Shown here: positions 57,120 through 64,000 of the stretch, piece by piece
Layout of the letters: each line of letters begins with the position of its first letter
Position numbering within the stretch: the stretch's first letter is position 1
NCBI GenBank assembly: GCA_040904565.1
Contig: JBBDTI010000013.1
Coordinates: 120,268 to 184,267 of the forward strand
From: Rhodothermales bacterium
Lineage (GTDB): Bacteria; Bacteroidota; Rhodothermia; Rhodothermales; VXPQ01
Length of the DNA stretch: 64,000 nucleotides
Direction: 5' to 3'
Made by a program: the position numbers and the translations under genes
The notes under the pieces: model-generated
Told to the model about the DNA's origin: nothing
Seen by the model: the letters and a program-made list of their open reading frames with translations, nothing else
Database searches by the model: none

Positions 57120-58781
57120 ATGACGAGGGAAACAACAGCATGCTCCGAGGTACACTCTTCGCGCCCGGCGGCCTGGTGGGCGGTCGCCGTCTGCCTCACC
57201 GTGGTTCTGGGGGTTCGCAGTACGGGGGCACAGGTGTTTCGACCGGACGATCCGATCGGGGTCGATCCCGATCGGCTGGACATGCCGGCGCCCGAGCCGC
57301 GTGAGATCAGCGAATACTTTAACGCGTGGATCCATATCGTCGGAGATCCGGGATCGTATGAAGGAAAGGCAGCAAACGTCAACACGCTCGGCGACGTACC
57401 TTCGTCCAGCTGGTACGAGCCGCGTCACTACTGGCACCGGATGACGCCCGAGGAGCTGCGGCGCGGACCCAACGAGGGCGATGGACCGGACGCGGCGGGA
57501 ACGTGGCACGTCACGCGCGCTCAGCTCGACGAGGAGACCGTGCGCATCGAGATGGTGGACGTCCGGGGCGACGCGTACGTGCTGACGCTGGATCCGATGG
57601 GCCACATCGAACTGGTGAGCGGGGCGGCCTTCATATCAGCCAGGCTGCTGCATGCGATGGGCTACAATGTACCGGAAAGCTTCATCGTGCGTTTCCCTCG
57701 CGAGAGGTTGCGTCCGTCGCCGGACGCCGTTCTGGACGCGGCGGGTGGGCGGGACGCACTCACGGCACGAAGCCTTGATGCGTTGCTTGTGCATGCCGCT
57801 CGGTATGACGATGGGACCTTCCGGGGCCTTGCGCGCTCTATGCCGGATGGCGAGACGGTGGGGCCGTTTCAATACTACGGTACCCGGCCGGACGACGGCA
57901 ACGATATTATTCCTCACGAGGCCCGCCGCGAGCTTCGTGGTCTGCGCGTCGCCGCGGCGTGGATCAACTGGACACGCGTTTCGAGCCACACCACGCTCGA
58001 CGTCGTCGTGCGGGAGGAGGGACGTGAGTTCGTACGCCACTATCTTTCGAATCTCGGAGGGACGCTCGGCGCCGGGCCGGGTGGACCGAAGCATCGCTGG
58101 GAGGGTTTTGAGTACCTGGTTGACGGCTCCGCGATTCTAAAGCGGACGGCAACCCTCGGAGCGGTCGGATCCGAATGGGCGACCATCGATTACACCGATT
58201 ATCCGGCCCTCGGGCGTATCGAGGCGGAGCATTTCAGGCCGCAGCGCTGGCGGCCCGTGTATCCCAACCCGGCCTTCAGACGTTTGGATGCGGCGGATGC
58301 GTTCTGGGCGGCCAAGCAAATCGCATCATTTTCCGATGACGATCTACGAGCCGTGATTGGATCGGCCGACTATTCCGACGCAGCGGTCGTGGAACGCCTG
58401 ACGGACGTGCTGCGTGCGCGGCGCGACAGGATTTCGCAGGCATTTTTGCCCTACGGAGGAGGAATCGACCGGTTCGACGTCCAATCGGGATTCTTAACAT
58501 TCGTCGATTTGACGGTTCGGCACGGTCTTGTTCGTGGAGACCGCCTCCGTCATGTGATCTGGCGTTCTTTCGACAACATCTCGGGCATGGACGGACGTAT
58601 TCTCGTTGCGGACCAGATTCGTGGGCCCCGATTGGTTGTGCCGCCGAGCGATAGCGATATGCTGGTGGCTGAGATACGGACGCCGGGAGGTGGCAGCACG
58701 CGCGTCTATCTACGGACGGAGGGAGGTGAAAGAGAGGTTGTCGGCGTCGAGCGCCGTGGAGCCTCGGAAGGGATGCCTTAG
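57120..58781 (+). CDS. Exported hypothetical protein, putative protein-kinase-like fold (degenerate)
   Basis: Signal peptide; motif blocks 'PDDP', 'NVNTLGDVP.SSWY', 'MGYNVPE', 'GTRPDD.ND..PHE.RRELRGL', 'YPNPAF', 'D.FWAAK'. The kinase assignment is my inference. Confidence 0.75.
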   Translation: MTRETTACSEVHSSRPAAWWAVAVCLTVVLGVRSTGAQVFRPDDPIGVDPDRLDMPAPEPREISEYFNAWIHIVGDPGSYEGKAANVNTLGDVPSSSWYEPRHYWHRMTPEELRRGPNEGDGPDAAGTWHVTRAQLDEETVRIEMVDVRGDAYVLTLDPMGHIELVSGAAFISARLLHAMGYNVPESFIVRFPRERLRPSPDAVLDAAGGRDALTARSLDALLVHAARYDDGTFRGLARSMPDGETVGPFQYYGTRPDDGNDIIPHEARRELRGLRVAAAWINWTRVSSHTTLDVVVREEGREFVRHYLSNLGGTLGAGPGGPKHRWEGFEYLVDGSAILKRTATLGAVGSEWATIDYTDYPALGRIEAEHFRPQRWRPVYPNPAFRRLDAADAFWAAKQIASFSDDDLRAVIGSADYSDAAVVERLTDVLRARRDRISQAFLPYGGGIDRFDVQSGFLTFVDLTVRHGLVRGDRLRHVIWRSFDNISGMDGRILVADQIRGPRLVVPPSDSDMLVAEIRTPGGGSTRVYLRTEGGEREVVGVERRGASEGMP

Positions 58782-59260
58782 GCGGCGACGGACGAGGTGC
58801 GTGATAGCCCGTTGATCGGCGGCCCATCAGACTCCTCGACGGTGCGGAGGCGTCGTTCCCAGTCTCGGAAGGCGGACAGATCGTCCGTGACGGAATGGAC
58901 GACGGCGCCGATAACGGCCGCATCGTCCACAAACCCGATTCCTGCGAGCACGTCCGGTACGAGGTCCGCGGGGTTGACAAAATAGATGATCGCGGCGACG
59001 ACGTATACGACGGATCGCCAGGGAATGCCCGCATAGCTTCGGGTCGCCCAGGCTCGGGCCATGCGTATCATGGTATGCAGATCGGTTGCCACGTGCTTCA
59101 GAGCGCGATTATCGCGCCCCGACTTCACGTAGGCCTGTTTCGTCAGACGTACCACTCTCAGACGGCGCTGGACGGCTCGACGAGCTGCTCGCTGCGCGAG
59201 CTCGAATGCTCGGCGCTGCGTCGAGGTAGGATGTTCGGGATCTGTCGTTCGACCTGTCAT
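58778..59260 (-). CDS. DUF1232 (YkvA) membrane protein
   Basis: 'AAIIYFVNPADLVPD.L.GIGFVDD'. Confidence 0.9.
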   Translation of the reverse strand: MTGRTTDPEHPTSTQRRAFELAQRAARRAVQRRLRVVRLTKQAYVKSGRDNRALKHVATDLHTMIRMARAWATRSYAGIPWRSVVYVVAAIIYFVNPADLVPDVLAGIGFVDDAAVIGAVVHSVTDDLSAFRDWERRLRTVEESDGPPINGLSRTSSVAA

Positions 59261-59298
59261 CGCACATCACCGCGTCGGTAGGGGATATCGCACCTCGG

Positions 59299-60615
59299 CT
59301 AAAGCAACGCTCCATACGTGCCGACGGTCACTCGCTCCGCGTAGTGCGGAGAGGTCGGTTCGAGAAGCAAGGGCAGGAGCTGATTGCGTGTAATCATGAA
59401 CTCGTCGCGCAGGTTGGGGTCGACCGGATGCGCGGGGGGGATATCGTCTGTAAAGGGATCGATCTGCACACCGTTCTTCCAGTATCGATAGCATACGTGC
59501 GGTCCCGTCGCCAGGCCCGTGCTCCCCACATAGCCGATGACCTGACCCTGCTTGACGGCTACGCCCGGCCTGATCCCGGAGGCGATGCGGGACATGTGAA
59601 GGTATCCCGTCGTGTACGTGGAATTGTGCCGGACCTTGACGTAGTTGCCATTATAGCGAGCGAACCGTGCCTCGAGAATCACACCGTCTCCAACGGAGTA
59701 GATGGGAGTCCCGGTATCCGCGGCGTAGTCCGTGCCGAGATGAGCCTTATACCGTTGCTGGACCGGGTGAAAGCGGCGCTGCGTATAGCGCGAGCTGATC
59801 CGCCTGAATTTGAGGGGAGCCTTGAGCAAGGCCTTTCTGAGACTGTTGCCTTCTTCGTCGTAAAAATCGGGCCGATCGCCGCGTTCGAAATAGATGCCGA
59901 AATAATTCGTGCCGCGATGGCCGAAACGAGCGGCTACGATGCGACCGATGCCGATGGACTCACCGTCGATCGACCGCTCTTCGTAGATCACGCTGAAGTC
60001 GTCTCCCTGCATGATGCGGAAGAAGTCTACCTGCCAGGCAAACACCTCCGACAGGGACATGGCGAGCTCGGGTACCAGGCGGCCGGATAGATCCTGTTCT
60101 TCGAGCGTCCTGTAGAGGGAATTTTCGATAGATCCGGCAAGTCGGCGCCGTTCCGTCTTGACCTCGCGTCGTCCTTCGTACACGGCTGCCGTATCGCCGG
60201 CGATATCAAACACGACGTAATCGACGGCGCTCTTCTGGTACACGAGAAAGCGGGCCGTCTCCAGCGAGTCGACGTACAGACGGATGGGGCTGCCTGCTCG
60301 AAGCGATCGTACGTTGAAGATGGGCCGGGACGCGTCGGCCAGCGTTACGACGCTCGCGTACGAAACGTTGTGTTTCGTCAGAATGTCGGCGAACGTCTCG
60401 TTTCGACGGATGGAGCGCTCGACGATCTCGAAGTCGGACGTCTCGATGCCGTACTCGTCCGTGGACGGATGTGCCGGGGTTTCTACCTCGGTAGGTGCAT
60501 CCGGGGGGGTGGACGTACTCGCCGGGAAATTCCCGGAGATGAGGATGGTCAGGACCAGAAAGGCCCCGAATATAGCAGCCGTAGCCCCGAACCTGGCGAT
60601 AGCGCGATGGTGCAT
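59299..60615 (-). CDS. M23 peptidoglycan DD-endopeptidase (MepM/Csd-like)
   Basis: N-terminal TM; 'RISS.Y...RFHP', 'HLGTDYAA', 'YLHMS', 'GSTGLATGPHV'. Confidence 0.92.
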   Translation of the reverse strand: MHHRAIARFGATAAIFGAFLVLTILISGNFPASTSTPPDAPTEVETPAHPSTDEYGIETSDFEIVERSIRRNETFADILTKHNVSYASVVTLADASRPIFNVRSLRAGSPIRLYVDSLETARFLVYQKSAVDYVVFDIAGDTAAVYEGRREVKTERRRLAGSIENSLYRTLEEQDLSGRLVPELAMSLSEVFAWQVDFFRIMQGDDFSVIYEERSIDGESIGIGRIVAARFGHRGTNYFGIYFERGDRPDFYDEEGNSLRKALLKAPLKFRRISSRYTQRRFHPVQQRYKAHLGTDYAADTGTPIYSVGDGVILEARFARYNGNYVKVRHNSTYTTGYLHMSRIASGIRPGVAVKQGQVIGYVGSTGLATGPHVCYRYWKNGVQIDPFTDDIPPAHPVDPNLRDEFMITRNQLLPLLLEPTSPHYAERVTVGTYGALL

Positions 60616-60795
60616 GAAGTACCTGGACGTCTGGACGTATACGCGGGGACCGCTGCGTCGTCGGGGTGGGTACGCTGCGGCTTCCCAGCTAAAATGAGTT
60701 AGGATCCCGGAAGAAGGTTGGTGTGGTAGAGGCCAGGGTAGAGCACAATGTATGCCGAAACATACGCTCTAAACCTCTGTTTCGCAAAACTTTTG

Positions 60796-61353
60796 TCACG
60801 TCGTGCCCTGCCACCGGTGTTCGGTTCCGCCCTGGACACGGTTAGCCCAGCGGGCGAGGACGAACAGGTAGTCGGACAGACGGTTAAGATAAATGGTAGC
60901 CGCTGGTGAAATGTTCTCCGATTCGGCCGCCGCGATCACGAGTCGCTCGGCACGGCGGCATACAGTCCGCGCGACGTGTAGGACGGAGGACGTGGGCGTT
61001 CCTCCCGGAAGGATGAACTGCTTCAGCTCGGGAAGTTCATCCTGGAGGCTGTCGATCGACTCTTCGAGGCGGGCGACGTGCTCGTCTCCCACCCTCGCGG
61101 TTTTTGCCCGCGCTTCAGACGGTGTAGCCAGGTCCGCACCCAGGATGAAGAGGTCGTTCTGTATGGTAGAAAGGTGGGCGTCGAGGCGATCGAAGCCGGG
61201 CTGGTCGGCGGCCAGCGACCGGGCGAGACCGATATACGAATTCGTTTCGTCTACCGTCCCGTAGGCTGCGATCCGGGCGTCGGTTTTCGATACCCGATCG
61301 CCCCCGAAGAGGGCCGTCGTACCTTGGTCTCCTGTGCGCGTATAAATCTTCAT
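60796..61353 (-). CDS. pduO: ATP:cob(I)alamin adenosyltransferase (PduO type)
   Basis: 'KIYTRTGD.GTT', 'AYGTVDE.NS', 'FILPGG', 'RTVCRRAER', 'YLNRLSD'. Confidence 0.93.
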   Translation of the reverse strand: MKIYTRTGDQGTTALFGGDRVSKTDARIAAYGTVDETNSYIGLARSLAADQPGFDRLDAHLSTIQNDLFILGADLATPSEARAKTARVGDEHVARLEESIDSLQDELPELKQFILPGGTPTSSVLHVARTVCRRAERLVIAAAESENISPAATIYLNRLSDYLFVLARWANRVQGGTEHRWQGTT

Positions 61354-62174
61354 CCGATAGAGTCACGTCGATCGATGGGTCGTCTGTATTGAATGCGGTA
61401 GGTTCCGCCGGTCTCCGGTAACACGCGAGCGTCCATCCTGAACACGCGCGCGATGAGATCCTGCGTGAGGACGGCATTCGGAGGGCCCGAGGTGGCGATC
61501 CGGCCCTGCTGAAGGACGACGAGCTGGTCGGCGAATCGAGCAGCCATCTCGAGGTCGTGGAACACGGCGACGGCCGTATATCCTCCCGCAATGAGCTCCT
61601 TGACGAGTTCCATAAACTCGAACTGATAATGAACGTCGAGGTGGGCCGTCGGCTCGTCGAGCAGCAGTACGTCGGCTTCCTGGACGAGAGCCTGCGCCAG
61701 AAAGACACGTTGTAGCTCGCCGCCGCTGAGCGAGAGTACGCTCCGGTTCTCGAAGCCGGCGAGGTCCACGCGATCGAGGGCTTCGGCCATAAGCGATCGG
61801 TCGTGGGTCGTAAAGTCGCTCAGCCATCCCTTGTGCGGCGATCGACCCAGCAGGACGAGCTCCGACACGTTGAAATCAAATGACAGGGAGACGGATTGGC
61901 GTACGAAGGCAAGGCGCTGCGCCAGGTTCCGTGAGGACCAGTCGGAGATGCAGCGTCCTTCGAAGAGGACGTCTCCGTCGAATGGTAGCAGTCCGCTCAA
62001 CGCACGGAGCAGGGTTGTCTTGCCGCTGCCGTTCGGCCCAAGCAGTCCGACGAGCCGGCCGCGACCTACCTCGAAGGAGATGTCGTGCAGGATACGCGTC
62101 TCGTCCAGCGACACGGCGACGTTCCGTGCATCGATTACCGGTCGTACCGTGGCCGTCTCGGTTGTGTCGTGCAT
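61350..62174 (-). CDS. ABC transporter ATP-binding protein (cobalamin/Fe-siderophore, BtuD/FecE-like)
   Basis: 'GPNGSGKTT', 'LGRSPH', 'LSGGELQR', 'LLLDEPT', 'HDL'. Confidence 0.92.
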   Translation of the reverse strand: MHDTTETATVRPVIDARNVAVSLDETRILHDISFEVGRGRLVGLLGPNGSGKTTLLRALSGLLPFDGDVLFEGRCISDWSSRNLAQRLAFVRQSVSLSFDFNVSELVLLGRSPHKGWLSDFTTHDRSLMAEALDRVDLAGFENRSVLSLSGGELQRVFLAQALVQEADVLLLDEPTAHLDVHYQFEFMELVKELIAGGYTAVAVFHDLEMAARFADQLVVLQQGRIATSGPPNAVLTQDLIARVFRMDARVLPETGGTYRIQYRRPIDRRDSIG

Positions 62175-62261
62175 GTTCTCGGGAAGGTACGAATTCGGTG
62201 ACGGAACGGGACCCATACGATACGGGCCGTCGTGCAAACGGGCACGTGGCGTGTTCGATTG

Positions 62262-62307
62262 ACGCATGAAATCCAGATCGTACGCATGAAATCCAGATCG
62301 AACGCAT
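62262..62307. repeat. 20-bp tandem repeat, about 2.3 copies, in a divergent intergenic region
   Basis: acgcatgaaatccagatcg-t-acgcatgaaatccagatcg-a-acgcat. Confidence 0.9.
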
Positions 62308-62308
62308 A

Positions 62309-62788
62309 ATGTTTTCCGTTCAACGTATCGCGGCGGTCGGACTGGTACTGTGTGCGCTGTCCGGCTGCGACGCACACGAACAACAGGACGCCTTTGCCGA
62401 GGAGGCGAGTCGCCCGCCCGAAAACATCACACGGGTGAGCGAATCGGGCGAGGTCCTGGAGGTCGATGAGGATGACTGGCGGACGGCGCCGCTCTATCGC
62501 GGTGAGATTCTCGTCGATCCGGCCGAACCCAACCCCGTGGCCACAGGTGGATTTGTGGCGATCCGCGTGAGCGTCACCGTGTTTAACGCGGTGCAGGCGC
62601 CGCTGCGGGTTGAAACACTTAGAGATAATCGGCTCCGTACCCTCGACGTGATCGACCAGGCGTCGGATCCCGGGGCGTACGTATTCAGTTTTCCGGCGTC
62701 GGAGATCGGCTCGCGCGGACTACATCGTATCTTTGTTTTCGACGGTGTGGGCGAACTGGTCTCGTACGGTGACGTGATGGTGGAATAA
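62309..62788 (+). CDS. Hypothetical lipoprotein with Ig-like C-terminal domain
   Basis: Lipobox 'LSG-C'; 'DEDDWR', 'PAEPNP', beta-rich end 'GLHRIFVFD..GELVSYGD'. Confidence 0.8.
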   Translation: MFSVQRIAAVGLVLCALSGCDAHEQQDAFAEEASRPPENITRVSESGEVLEVDEDDWRTAPLYRGEILVDPAEPNPVATGGFVAIRVSVTVFNAVQAPLRVETLRDNRLRTLDVIDQASDPGAYVFSFPASEIGSRGLHRIFVFDGVGELVSYGDVMVE

Positions 62789-62834
62789 TCTGCGGCGCAG
62801 CAACGTGTCGTCGATACAGGCGGGCGCGGACGGC

Positions 62835-63248
62835 CTACAGCGCATCCTCCGCAAATTCCAGGAGGAGGCGCTGGAGGTCCGGCTCGAGGATCCGGTCGCG
62901 GGCGGCCTGGATGCGCATCCATTCACGTCGGCGGTCGCACGCTTCCGGCCAGGTGTTCAGGAGGGTCTGTACCTCCATCGCATAGACTATCACCTCGGAT
63001 GGTCCCCCCGTTCCGACGTGCACGTACGAACCGATCGGCACGCGTCGAATCGATCCACGGATGCCGGCCTCCTCGAATGCTTCCTGCCTCGCCGACTCGA
63101 GCTCTCCCAGCTGCGACTCGATGTTGCCTTTCGGGATGATCCATCGCTTGCGGGTACTGGACGTGACGAGCAGGATGTCCAGACCGTGCTCACTCCGGCG
63201 ATAGGGCAATACCCCCGCCTGGCGCGGAATGTCTCGATCGGTAGGCAT
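62835..63248 (-). CDS. NUDIX hydrolase (DIPP/Ap6A-like)
   Basis: 'LLVTS..RKRWIIPKG' and Nudix box 'G.....E.A.QEAFEEAG'. Confidence 0.9.
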   Translation of the reverse strand: MPTDRDIPRQAGVLPYRRSEHGLDILLVTSSTRKRWIIPKGNIESQLGELESARQEAFEEAGIRGSIRRVPIGSYVHVGTGGPSEVIVYAMEVQTLLNTWPEACDRRREWMRIQAARDRILEPDLQRLLLEFAEDAL

Positions 63249-63699
63249 TGTCTGCGGCTGTCGCATACTAATAAGGGTACATCCGCTTGCCGGCCGTACA
63301 GTCGATCCGAGGCGTTGTCAGCGGGTCGCGGGCGTAGCGTACGTATAGCGCGAACTCCGCGTACTTGGTTTCGATGGATCCTCCACCGTCACCGCATTGT
63401 TAAGAAAGCGCGTACGAGGTGCGGCGGAGTATGTAAGCCCCTCCCTTTCCGTGCCCTAAATGGTACGATATGGACCGCTTCCTTGCCGATCCGCCCGCGC
63501 GTACGGTTGACGAAAAGGTGTAAAGTCTTATTTTTGTGTGGAAAGGGCCGCGCTCCAGTACGGTTGCATTATCGGTATACGAAACGGAATAACGGGGGTC
63601 GATCTTCCATAATTTTATTTCACGGTTACGGTCATCCACGCAGTGGGGCGGATGCTCCGCGCATATCGGCGTATTCATCCGCTTCGGAACCCGCATGTC

Positions 63700-64000
63700 A
63701 TGAACGGCCACGTACTCGTACTCAACAATGATTATCGCGCGCTCACCATATGCAGCGTAGAGCGCGCCGTCGTGCTCGTCTTTCTCGACAAGGCCGATCT
63801 CGTCGAGTCCCTTCCGGATCGGTACGTGCGATCTCCTACGACGCGATTCCCGTGGCCCAGCATCGTTCGGCTTCGAGGATACGTTACGGTACCCTATAAA
63901 CGGATCATGATCTCCCGGAAGAACATCTTACGACGGGATCGTTACCGGTGTCAGTATTGCGGCAGCCGGGATGCGTTAACCATAGACCACGTCTTTCCGA
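63700..64000 (+). CDS. HNH endonuclease (McrA-like), truncated by the window end
   Basis: Translated by hand: MNGHVLVLNNDY...PSIVRL...SRKNILRRDRYRCQYCG....LTIDHVFP. Confidence 0.9.
   Translation, partial: MNGHVLVLNNDYRALTICSVERAVVLVFLDKADLVESLPDRYVRSPTTRFPWPSIVRLRGYVTVPYKRIMISRKNILRRDRYRCQYCGSRDALTIDHVFP

Noticed and set aside
59187-59203. 17-bp inverted match to the hairpin core of the carB-end repeat
   Set aside because: It lies inside DUF1232 coding sequence (ELAQRA); one 17-mer GC-rich match in a 64-kb self-comparison is plausible by chance.
62175-62308. Cobalamin riboswitch before the ABC ATPase-pduO pair
   Set aside because: The region is short and lacks recognisable B12-box sequences on the minus strand.
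62805-63731. 308-aa plus-strand ORF
   Set aside because: Antisense to the NUDIX gene and out of frame with the HNH gene; no motifs.
63700-64000. HNH nuclease as a defence or mobile element
   Set aside because: It resembles the widespread stand-alone 'VLVLN..Y' HNH family, has no methylase or mobility genes upstream, and is cut off by the window edge.

Overview
A GC-rich (roughly 60-65% by eye) stretch of bacterial core chromosome. Gene types and variants point to the FCB group, most likely Rhodothermota/Rhodothermales; this is inferred from short Obg, MGS-less CarB, the TPR-DUF4292-EnvC cluster and Bacteroidota-type ClpS and Lgt. It holds about 60 CDS, mostly housekeeping (secG, carAB, hemD, mtaB, psd-pssA-purS-clpS-yigZ, rnhA, obgE-dprA, rluD, hisS-lgt-rlmB, lolA, hisB-proC-hisHAF, metG, lpdA, envC, mscS, pduO), plus RNase P RNA and tRNA-Arg(CCT). 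I saw no CRISPR array, integrase, transposase, prophage or rRNA. Best candidate for an undescribed system: a tightly coupled mscS / POTRA-less Omp85 barrel / exported kinase-like protein operon (54718-58781) whose kinase motifs look degenerate. Other leads: an attenuator-like leader before carA paired with a CarB lacking its allosteric domain; several apparent pseudoenzymes (exported M1 aminopeptidase-HEAT protein, alpha/beta hydrolase); a GCS2-CBS fusion; a Cys-poor Csp3-like protein; a SLOG gene wedged antisense between hisF and thpR; and small tandem duplications that create mini-ORFs. All family calls come from motif recognition by eye; no searches were run.
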